From positions 1 to 10,773 of the forward strand of contig JAOUEV010000090.1 in assembly GCA_029858565.1 (NCBI GenBank): a stretch of 10,773 bases of DNA, given 5' to 3'. The position numbers and the translations under genes were made by a program. The DNA is from Nitrospirota bacterium (GTDB lineage: Bacteria; Nitrospirota; UBA9217). The notes under the pieces were generated by a model. That model saw nothing but the letters and a program-made list of their open reading frames with translations, had not been told where the DNA came from and did not search any database. The number at the start of each line of letters is the position of its first letter. The stretch's first letter is position 1. Shown piece after piece: positions 1 to 6,865 of the stretch.

Positions 1-46
1 CGACGCTACCCTGCACTGAATACTTTTCGAAACGCTCATGCGCCAC

Positions 47-75
47 AAGAAAGGCCTCCCGATTCCAGGAGGCCC
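47..75 (-). terminator. Rho-independent terminator of the XRE-like gene
   Basis: Stem GGCCTCC (53-59)/GGAGGCC (68-74), followed on the minus strand by TTTCTT, about 35 nt after the stop at 111. Confidence 0.7.
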
Positions 76-110
76 GCGCATCCACAACGGATATGTTCAC
101 TCAGCCTTCG

Positions 111-545
111 TCATGCCATGTGTTTGGACGCATACATGTAGTCCACGAAACCCGATATCTGCGTCCGCGCGTCATCGGTCACCTGCCGCATCTTCCTGAG
201 CATCATGATCTCATCGGTACTCAGGATTTTGCCCAGATAATCGGTCTGTTCTTCGGACAGCGGGAACTTGCGCTTGCGACGGCCCGGTCCCGCAGGCCCC
301 GGGGTCAGAAAGAACCCCTTCAGCTCGTCAGGGACCTTCGCCTGGTGCGCCGCAAGCACGAGAACATGCATCTCGATGTTCAGTTTCTTTGCCATCAGTG
401 CCAGCGTGTTGTCCTTCGGGATATGCCCTTTGTTGATGATGACCCGCAAAAGCTCGGGACTGATCCCGAGCGCGACCGCGGCGTCCTTAAGGTTCTTGTA
501 TCCCTTCTTTTCGATCCCGCTCCTGATCATCTCGGAAAGCTTCAT
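111..545 (-). CDS. XRE/Cro-like helix-turn-helix protein, probable transcriptional regulator (144 aa)
   Basis: N-terminal pattern MKLSEMIRSGIEKKGYKNLKDAAVALGISPELLRVIINKGHIPKDNTLALMAKKL fits an XRE-type HTH. I prefer ATG 545 over 593 because it has a GGAGA Shine-Dalgarno 8 nt upstream. Confidence 0.7.
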   Translation of the reverse strand: MKLSEMIRSGIEKKGYKNLKDAAVALGISPELLRVIINKGHIPKDNTLALMAKKLNIEMHVLVLAAHQAKVPDELKGFFLTPGPAGPGRRKRKFPLSEEQTDYLGKILSTDEIMMLRKMRQVTDDARTQISGFVDYMYASKHMA

Positions 546-714
546 TGTTCGCGTCTCCCGGGGAAAGAAGACACCCTCTGGTGAGCCCTTCATTCCTGTT
601 GTTCATGCGTCTCGATCACTTGCTTTTAGTATACTCCAAATACCCGCAGCCGGCAGGCCTTTCGGATGTTGTTTCTCCATTACCGATGCCTATCGGGGCT
701 GTTCATGACTGTTC

Positions 715-1068
715 TCAATAATCCTTTGGCTCGATGAGCAACTTCAGGCCTGAGACGATCTGCTTCACCCGTCCCGGAGCAAGACTGCCGATCTTCTCAA
801 CGAGATCGGACTTGTTGATGGTCACGACCTGGGAAATGTTCACCACGCTGTCTTTCGGCAGGTTTGCCTCGCCTTTTCTAAGGAGGACATTGCCGGGAAC
901 CGCGGACCGTTTCAGGTTGGAGGTCAGCGCGCACACAACGACCGTGCTTATCCTGCTGCTGTTGAATACATTGTTCTGGACAACAACGTGCAGATGACGA
1001 TAGCCGGGCTCCGATCCGTCGGGATCGCCCAGGTCGATCCAGTAGATGTCCCCCTGCCGAATGGTCAT
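715..1068 (-). CDS. mazF: Type II TA toxin, PemK/MazF-family endoribonuclease (117 aa)
   Basis: Motifs QGDIYWIDLGDPDGSEPG, VVVQNN, VVVCALTSN, LPKDSVVNISQVVTINK and IGSL. The start overlaps the antitoxin stop (ATGA, 1065-1068). Confidence 0.93.
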   Translation of the reverse strand: MTIRQGDIYWIDLGDPDGSEPGYRHLHVVVQNNVFNSSRISTVVVCALTSNLKRSAVPGNVLLRKGEANLPKDSVVNISQVVTINKSDLVEKIGSLAPGRVKQIVSGLKLLIEPKDY

Positions 1069-1313
1069 TTCCGTTCTTTCAGGACGGTCCGGGCGTACCG
1101 CTGTTTGCTTTTCCGCCTGACCGCGTACTCCTCAGGGGACTCCACGACAGCAAGCGATTCGTTCAGATCATCGAGGAGTTTTTTGGCCTTGCGCTTCTCC
1201 AGATACTCCCTCACCGCGATGACAAAGACCTCGCTGCGCGATACATGATTTTCCTTGGCTGCCCTCTCCACCTCGTCGAAAAGCGCATCGGGCACTGATA
1301 TGGCGGTTTTCAT
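1065..1313 (-). CDS. Ribbon-helix-helix (CopG/ChpI-like) antitoxin (82 aa)
   Basis: MKTAISVPDALFDEVERAAKENHVSRSEVFVIAVREYL is a typical RHH pattern. It lies directly upstream of mazF and is translationally coupled to it. Confidence 0.9.
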   Translation of the reverse strand: MKTAISVPDALFDEVERAAKENHVSRSEVFVIAVREYLEKRKAKKLLDDLNESLAVVESPEEYAVRRKSKQRYARTVLKERK

Positions 1314-1319
1314 GTGATT

Positions 1320-1348
1320 AGTATACCATGTGGTTATACCAATAGCAA
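1320..1348 (-). promoter_or_regulatory. Sigma70-type promoter of the TA operon with overlapping TGGTAT operator repeats
   Basis: TTGCTA (1348-1343), 17 nt, TATACT (1325-1320), with a TGn extended -10. ATACCA repeats occur at 1323, 1336 and 1348. Confidence 0.75.
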
Positions 1349-1384
1349 TACCAGCAGTGGGACGTTTTTTGTCGTTTCAAAGGG

Positions 1385-1412
1385 AAAAGGCCTCCCGGAT
1401 TCCGGGAGGCCC
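1385..1412 (-). terminator. Rho-independent terminator of the DAHP synthase gene
   Basis: Perfect 10-bp stem GGCCTCCCGG-att-CCGGGAGGCC (1389-1411), followed by TTTT on the minus strand, about 30 nt after the stop at 1443. Confidence 0.8.
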
Positions 1413-1442
1413 TGCTTTGCACACGCACTATTTCAAACTTGT

Positions 1443-2471
1443 CTACACCATCGCGGCAAGGTCTCTGATCAGCTTCTCCGAATCCTTCCACCCCAGGCAG
1501 GGATCGGTGATGGATTTTCCGTAAACGTTCTCCGTCACCTTCTGCGCCCCTTCCTCGATGAAGCTCTCGACCATGAAACCCCGGATCATCTTCTTGAGCA
1601 GGGGAGAGTGCTGGCGGCTTCGCATCACTTCCATGGCGATGCGCGGCTGCTCGGCGTACTTCTTGTTCGAGTTCGCGTGGTTCGTGTCCACGATCATGGT
1701 CGGATTGGCAAGACCCCGCTTCTGGTAGGCCTCGGCGAACTGCGCCAGGTCCTCGTAATGGTAGTTCGGCACCGACAGGCCGTGATAATCCACCGCGCCC
1801 CGGAGCACCGCATGGGCCAGCGGATTGCCCTTGGTCTTCACTTCCCAGCGGTTGTAGCTGAACACGTGGGGCGCCTGCGCGGCCTGGATCGAGTTGAGCG
1901 TTACATCCACGTCGCCGGACGTGGGATTCTTCATGCCCGCCGGGATGTCGAGGCCGCTGCAGGTCAGGCGATGGGCCTGATTCTCCACGGAACGGGCCCC
2001 CACGGCAACATAGGCCAGCACGTCCTCAAGATACGGATAGTTCCCGGGATAGAGCATCTCGTCCGCTGCCGGCAGATGGGATTCTTTCAGAGCCCGGATG
2101 TGCATTTTCCGGATCGCCTTGATACCCTCCACGATGTTCGGTTCCTCGGCAAGGTTCGGCTGGTGCGCCATGCCCTTGTAACCGATGCCCGTGGTGCGGG
2201 GCTTGTTGGTATAGATGCGCGGGATGATGATGATCTTGTCCTTTACCTCGGCCTGGACCTTCGCGAGCCTGCCGATATAGTCGCAGACCGCTTCCTCGTC
2301 ATGGGCCGAGCAGGGGCCGATGATCAGCACCAGCTTGTCGCTCTGGTGGGTGAAGACCCGGCTGATCTCTTCGTCCTTCTTCTTCTTGGCAGCAGCCAGG
2401 TCCGCGGGCAACGGCATATCCGCTAAAATGGCTCCGGGCTGGGGGATCTCTTGCACGTATTCGAAGCTCAT
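1443..2471 (-). CDS. aroF: 3-deoxy-7-phosphoheptulonate (DAHP) synthase, class I-alpha (342 aa); isozyme/feedback type not determinable
   Basis: Motifs IIGPCSAHD, RIYTNKPRT, GARS, GMKNPTSG, DTNHANS, GFMVES and YGKSITDPCLGW. ATG 2471 has GAGGAGG upstream. Confidence 0.95.
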   Translation of the reverse strand: MSFEYVQEIPQPGAILADMPLPADLAAAKKKKDEEISRVFTHQSDKLVLIIGPCSAHDEEAVCDYIGRLAKVQAEVKDKIIIIPRIYTNKPRTTGIGYKGMAHQPNLAEEPNIVEGIKAIRKMHIRALKESHLPAADEMLYPGNYPYLEDVLAYVAVGARSVENQAHRLTCSGLDIPAGMKNPTSGDVDVTLNSIQAAQAPHVFSYNRWEVKTKGNPLAHAVLRGAVDYHGLSVPNYHYEDLAQFAEAYQKRGLANPTMIVDTNHANSNKKYAEQPRIAMEVMRSRQHSPLLKKMIRGFMVESFIEEGAQKVTENVYGKSITDPCLGWKDSEKLIRDLAAMV

Positions 2472-2534
2472 GATACTTTCAGTAACCTCCTCGAATGATA
2501 TCGTCAGCAGCACTCATGATTCCAAGTGTTCAGC

Positions 2535-2563
2535 AGTATAAAATCAGCAGGCAGGCATGTCAA
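2535..2563 (-). promoter_or_regulatory. Near-consensus sigma70 promoter of the DAHP synthase gene
   Basis: TTGACA (2563-2558), 17 nt, TATACT (2540-2535). Confidence 0.8.
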
Positions 2564-2590
2564 GGGCAAATACGGAAAATGAAGGTCTAG

Positions 2591-2650
2591 AGTAGTAAGC
2601 GCCAAGTCGTAAGCAGAACGTGCTTTCTTCTGCTGCTTTTTTCTTCTGGT
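2591..2650. repeat. Degenerate 7-mer tandem repeats followed by a complementary pyrimidine-rich tract (hairpin plus U-run on +)
   Basis: Units AGTAGTA AGCGCCA AGTCGTA AGCAGAA (2591-2618). AGCAGAA (2612-2618) pairs with TTCTGCT (2628-2634), followed by GCTTTTTT. Confidence 0.45.
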
Positions 2651-2685
2651 TTTTTCGGTTTCAATATTGTATATATGGCCTTGTC

Positions 2686-3519
2686 ATGGCTCAGAAAAAA
2701 CTTCCCGCGCGACGAGGCGGCAAAGGCGACCGGTATACCCGCGTCGTCACCTGGAGCATTGTCGTCCTGCTCATTGGTCTTGCCGTGCTGCTCTGGGGTC
2801 CCTGGAAAGGCAAAAGAGCCCCGAAGACCGGCCAGGAGCCCAGACAGCCCAGGATCGCCGGCGTTGTCGCGATCGTCATCGACGATCTGGGAGAGGACCT
2901 CGCGTCAGCTCACGAGGTGCTCGATCTTCCCGGCCGAGTGTCCCTGTCGGTCATCCCCCGCAGACCGCAGTCGCGCAAGGTCGCTGAACTGGCGCGAAAA
3001 GAAGGGCGTGAACTGCTGGTCCATGTTCCCATGGAGCCGAAGGACCGGTCGAAGATGCGGACCCCCAACACGCTCCGTGCGGACATGACACCCATGGAAT
3101 TCATCCAGGCGGTGAACGACAACCTTGACGCGGTACCAGGAGCGGCAGGCGTGAACAATCATGAAGGTTCCGCCCTTACCGAGAACCGCGAAGCTATGAA
3201 TTTCCTCATGTCGGAGCTCAAGGCCCGGAACCTCTTTTTCCTCGACAGCTTTACCAACCCCAAGAGCGTCGCTGCTGATGCTGCCCGGGCCTTCGGCATC
3301 AGGACATCGAAGCGCGATGTGTTCCTGGACAATGCCGGCGATGACCCCGCGGCGATCCGGAAGCAACTCCAGGAACTTGCGCGGATCGCAAGGAAGAGCG
3401 GTCATGCGATAGGCATCGGCCATCCCCACGCAGCCACACTCGCGGAGCTCAGAAAATGGCTCCCCAAAGCGGCTGAGCAGGGCATCGAGGTCGTGCCGGT
3501 ATCGCATCTGCTCAAGTAA
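2686..3519 (+). CDS. Divergent polysaccharide deacetylase family protein (YibQ/DUF610-like), N-terminally membrane anchored (277 aa)
   Basis: Motifs AIVIDDLG, LVHVPMEP, GVNNHEGS, FFLDSFT, RDVFLDN and AIGIGHP, plus a TM segment VVTWSIVVLLIGLAVLLW. The start at ATG 2686 is my choice. Confidence 0.92.
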   Translation: MAQKKLPARRGGKGDRYTRVVTWSIVVLLIGLAVLLWGPWKGKRAPKTGQEPRQPRIAGVVAIVIDDLGEDLASAHEVLDLPGRVSLSVIPRRPQSRKVAELARKEGRELLVHVPMEPKDRSKMRTPNTLRADMTPMEFIQAVNDNLDAVPGAAGVNNHEGSALTENREAMNFLMSELKARNLFFLDSFTNPKSVAADAARAFGIRTSKRDVFLDNAGDDPAAIRKQLQELARIARKSGHAIGIGHPHAATLAELRKWLPKAAEQGIEVVPVSHLLK

Positions 3520-3526
3520 CACAAGG

Positions 3527-3616
3527 AAGGATCGAAGGATCAGAGGATTAAAGGATTAAACATCCTCCACCCTCTAATCCTTCTAATCCTGGTCCTCCGT
3601 TAATCCTTTAGTCCTT
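3527..3616. repeat. Tandem 8-mer repeats with inverted copies (fold-back element)
   Basis: AAGGATCG AAGGATCA GAGGATTA AAGGATTA (3527-3558), then TAATCCTT (3575), TAATCCTG (3584), TAATCCTT (3601) and TAGTCCTT (3609). Confidence 0.8.
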
Positions 3617-3621
3617 CTACC

Positions 3622-4626
3622 ATGTTTATCCTCGGCATTGAAACCTCCTGCGATGAAACAGCCGCCTCGGTCCTGTCGGACAGGACCGTGCTGTCCAGCA
3701 TTGTTTCTTCCCAGGTGGCCCTGCACGAACGTTACGGCGGAGTAGTTCCCGAACTCGCCTCGCGGGAACACCTCCGGAACATCATCCCCGTGGTGCGGGA
3801 GGCCCTTGATGCCGCCAAGGTCCGGCAGCAGGACCTCGGGCTTATTGCCGTCACCCACGCACCCGGCCTGATCGGCGCGCTGCTCGTAGGCGTTTCCACG
3901 GCCAAGGCCATGGCCTACGCCCTGCATATCCCCTTTATCGGCGTTCACCACGGCGAGGGGCATATTGTTGCGGCTCATCTGGAGTATCCTAAACTGGAAT
4001 ATCCCTATGTTGCGCTCCTGGTCTCAGGCGGCCACACAGCCCTCTATCACATACGGAACTTCGGAAGTTATGAGCTTATCGGCCAGACACGGGACGACGC
4101 CGCGGGCGAGGCGTTCGACAAGGTTGCAAAGCTGCTCGACCTTCCCTACCCCGGCGGTCCGGTCATCGACCGTTTGAGCAGGGAGGGAGACCCAAAAGCG
4201 ATCCCTTTTCCCCGGGGCGTGCGGGAAGGTTCGGACTTCAGCTTCAGCGGGCTCAAGACCGCGGTGCGGAACCATGTGGCGCTCTTCCGGTCAAAGGACC
4301 GCGGACTGGACCCCGGTCTCAAAGTGGCTGACGTGGCGGCGAGCTTTCAGCAGGCGGTCGTCGATACCCTGGTGGAAAAGACCGTGCAGGCCGCGGCTTC
4401 CCGGGGCCTGCGATCAGTGGTCATGGCAGGCGGGGTGGCAGCGAACAGCGGCCTCAGGAGCAGTATGGAGAAAGGGTGCCAGTCAGCGGGCATCAGGCTC
4501 TTTATCCCGGGTATGGGTCTCTGCGTGGACAACGCGGCAATGATCGCCCTGGCGGGATATCTGCGCTTCAGCCGGGGCGAACGGTCTGCGCTGGATCTCA
4601 ATCCGCGGGCAAGCATGGGCTTGTGA
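3622..4626 (+). CDS. tsaD: tRNA N6-adenosine threonylcarbamoyltransferase TsaD (334 aa)
   Basis: Motifs ILGIETSCDET, YGGVVPELASREH, PGLIGAL, HHxEGH, LLVSGGHT, TRDDAAGEAFDKVAKLL, FSFSGLKT, GGVAAN and DNAAMIA. Confidence 0.98.
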   Translation: MFILGIETSCDETAASVLSDRTVLSSIVSSQVALHERYGGVVPELASREHLRNIIPVVREALDAAKVRQQDLGLIAVTHAPGLIGALLVGVSTAKAMAYALHIPFIGVHHGEGHIVAAHLEYPKLEYPYVALLVSGGHTALYHIRNFGSYELIGQTRDDAAGEAFDKVAKLLDLPYPGGPVIDRLSREGDPKAIPFPRGVREGSDFSFSGLKTAVRNHVALFRSKDRGLDPGLKVADVAASFQQAVVDTLVEKTVQAAASRGLRSVVMAGGVAANSGLRSSMEKGCQSAGIRLFIPGMGLCVDNAAMIALAGYLRFSRGERSALDLNPRASMGL

Positions 4627-4640
4627 TGTTCAAGGATCAG

Positions 4641-5408
4641 CTAGAGGAAGAGTTTTTTCGCTTCCGGGGACTTGAGGAATTTGATGATCGCGGCAAGGGC
4701 AGGTGAAATATCGTCCTTGGTGACGATGCTCAGCTCCCGCGTGATCGGCTTCATCTTGAGGACCTTCACCTTTCCTTTGTTCATCTTGACAAACCCTTCC
4801 GATACGGTGCCGATGGCTATCGGCGACTTGGTGACGATGTCGACCACTTCACGCGTGGTGATCGTGGTATAGGCCGAGTCAGCATAGTCCTTGCCCTGCA
4901 TGACCATGTCGCGTACCACGGCCCGGGTCCCGGCGCCTCGCGGCGCCGCGACCACAACGATCCGTCCGTCCTTCCCGCCGATCTCTTTCCAGTTCGTGAT
5001 CTTTCCGGTATTGATGTCCGACAGATGCTCCCAGGTCAGGCTCTTGACCGGATTGCCCGGATGGACCACGGCAACGACCGTGTCCTTCATGATCACATGC
5101 TCCTGATAGGTGCCTTCCGAAGGAATCCCGATCTCGCGAAAGGCCACTTCAAGCGAGCTCGACATCATGGCTGCAGCGGCCTCTCCCTTGATGAGCGCGG
5201 AGATGCCCTTGATCGTCCCCACCCCGAGGAGTTGGACCCTGGTCCCCGACCTTTTTTCGAGCGCCTTCTGCACCGGTTCCAGTATCCGCTTTTGGACCGT
5301 TGATGATCCGGAAAGCACGATATCTTCTCCGGCAATGGCGCTCCCGCAGAGTGCTCCGACCAGCGCCAGGACCCGTGCGATTTCCGCCGATCGCTCCAAT
5401 ATCAGCAT
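4641..5408 (-). CDS. PstS-like (PBP superfamily) substrate-binding protein (about 255 aa)
   Basis: LSGSSTV, GTIKGISALIKG, MMSSS, VAVVHPGNPVKSLT..LSDINTGKITNWKEIGGKD, GTR and AIG. The hydrophobic leader ends AIA. The start is uncertain (ATG 5408 or GTG 5438). Confidence 0.85.
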   Translation of the reverse strand: MLILERSAEIARVLALVGALCGSAIAGEDIVLSGSSTVQKRILEPVQKALEKRSGTRVQLLGVGTIKGISALIKGEAAAAMMSSSLEVAFREIGIPSEGTYQEHVIMKDTVVAVVHPGNPVKSLTWEHLSDINTGKITNWKEIGGKDGRIVVVAAPRGAGTRAVVRDMVMQGKDYADSAYTTITTREVVDIVTKSPIAIGTVSEGFVKMNKGKVKVLKMKPITRELSIVTKDDISPALAAIIKFLKSPEAKKLFL

Positions 5409-5462
5409 GCCAATAGCCGCTCCCGCTCCTGTCGCCACACCATCAAAACCGCAGTACTTTGA

Positions 5463-6359
5463 TCACAGACCGGCGTCCTTCCTGAACTGTGCCGTCATGT
5501 CAGAAGACGTTTCCTCGATCAGGCTGCGGAAAGCCTGGACAGTCTTTTTCTTTGGATCGCCCAGGTCGATGTTCTCAGGCTTCACCGCATCCCTGCCCGC
5601 GCCCACATAGATCGGCAGCATATCACGAAAAGCCGACCGGCCATCGAGTTCTGCCGGCCCGAGGTCAGCAATGATCCTGCCGGACCTGTCCACCATGGTC
5701 AGGGTCTGCGCCATGCGCACCGTGCCGTCGGTACGGTTCTCCTTCACCATGAACGTGTTCTCCCGCGGATGGTCTACATCCGCCCCGATCTGCACGATCA
5801 GGACAGCGTCTACACCCAGGGCCTGACATAACCTCGCGGCCTGCTCCAGCATGAGCGGCTGCACCGGATAGTCCGGCTTTCCCTCGCCCGGGTCATGGAC
5901 GAACGCGGACCGCGGCACAACAGGAAGCTGCTCTGCCCCGAGATAGGAATCTTTCCATCGCGCCCGCTCCCGTTCGAGTGTCTGCTTCGCAAGGGACGGA
6001 CCCTCCCCCACGGGGTATACAGCCCGCGCGTCATCCTCAGATACCGCGCCAAAGGAACGCAGTGCCCTGGTCGCTTTGGTCCCCTGCAGATCAACGATGG
6101 TCCAGGAAGGGATGCCCCGCATTTCCTTCGAGATCCTTTCCTGGGCCTGGTTCACCGCAGCCTGCAGCACGGCTTTGTTGGCCTCCCGGGACACATCGGC
6201 GATCTTAGGCATGACAACGCTTATAATGGCAACCTTCTCCGTCGTAGAGAGAATCCCCCGATCCATAACCACCTTGCCGGCGCAGCCTGACAAAAGAGTC
6301 AGAAAAAACAGGGAGATCCCCGGAATGACCATTTTAATAATTATTAACAATATATTCAT
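5463..6359 (-). CDS. Hypothetical lipoprotein (289-298 aa)
   Basis: Hydrophobic leader with lipobox LSGC, then KVAIISV and QALGVDAVLIVQI segments reminiscent of alpha/beta lipoproteins. The start is 6359 or 6332. Confidence 0.75.
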   Translation of the reverse strand: MNILLIIIKMVIPGISLFFLTLLSGCAGKVVMDRGILSTTEKVAIISVVMPKIADVSREANKAVLQAAVNQAQERISKEMRGIPSWTIVDLQGTKATRALRSFGAVSEDDARAVYPVGEGPSLAKQTLERERARWKDSYLGAEQLPVVPRSAFVHDPGEGKPDYPVQPLMLEQAARLCQALGVDAVLIVQIGADVDHPRENTFMVKENRTDGTVRMAQTLTMVDRSGRIIADLGPAELDGRSAFRDMLPIYVGAGRDAVKPENIDLGDPKKKTVQAFRSLIEETSSDMTAQFRKDAGL

Positions 6360-6366
6360 GTTTGTT

Positions 6367-6396
6367 ACTATAACAACCGATGCTTGCGAGTGTAAA
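6367..6396 (-). promoter_or_regulatory. Probable sigma70 promoter of the lipoprotein/PstS-like pair
   Basis: TTTACA (6396-6391), 18 nt, TATAGT (6372-6367), with a TGn extension and an upstream T-tract (UP-like). Confidence 0.55.
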
Positions 6397-6581
6397 GAAA
6401 AAAAACGGGGTATTTTCAGGGTATTGATGGCTACAGATGAAGCTCCATGGCAGAATCAAGGATCAGCAGTTCAATGGAAGGGCTGGAGAGCGAATCAGCA
6501 GAACATGGGGCCAGGGAAACAAGTGATGGATGGAAAAACTGTCAGGCAGTCTGTTCATGGTTATCGGCTTCTGGCTACCAT

Positions 6582-6865
6582 CTACTTATTGCTCGTCCTT
6601 CGTAGTTTCTCCAGCAGCACCGCGGTAAGCATGAGCCCCATTCGCTCCTGGGCCTTCACTGCCTGGTAGAAATCGCATAGCTCGCAGTTCTTGAACTTCA
6701 GGGCAAATGCCCCTGCACGCTGTCCTTGCAGAGTGTCCCCGCGACGACCCAGCAGGACCGGCCCGCGTTCGTGCCGTCATGCACGCCGTCAAGCGCCTCC
6801 TCCGCGGCCGCAGGGCAGAGGCCCATTTCACGTACCCGCTCCGGCCCTCTCGGGCTCGAATTCCC
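6582..6865 (-). pseudogene. Frameshifted, 5'-eroded Cys-rich two-CW-domain-type gene
   Basis: Frame A reads ..PERVREMGLCPAAAEEALDGVHDGTNAGRSCWVVAGTLCKDSVQG then HLP* (TGA 6700-6698). Adding one G to the G4 run at 6710-6713 continues it as AFALKFKNCELCDFYQAVKAQERMGLMLTAVLLEKLRRTSNK*. Confidence 0.75.

Noticed and set aside
1-19. Possible 3' end of a plus-strand gene (..DATLH*)
   Set aside because: Only five codons are visible, which cannot support a call.
683-696. Small hairpin CCGAT-gcct-ATCGG after mazF
   Set aside because: A 5-bp stem with no U-tract is too weak to call a terminator.
1314-2426. 370-aa plus-strand ORF
   Set aside because: Antisense shadow of the DAHP synthase, expected from GC-rich codon bias, with no recognisable motifs.
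3527-3616. CRISPR-like array
   Set aside because: The units are 8 nt with no unique spacers, and there are no cas genes.
6076-6669. 197-aa plus ORF and short ORFs in 6420-6580
   Set aside because: It overlaps the lipoprotein gene and the two-CW remnant on the opposite strand, with no SD or family signal.
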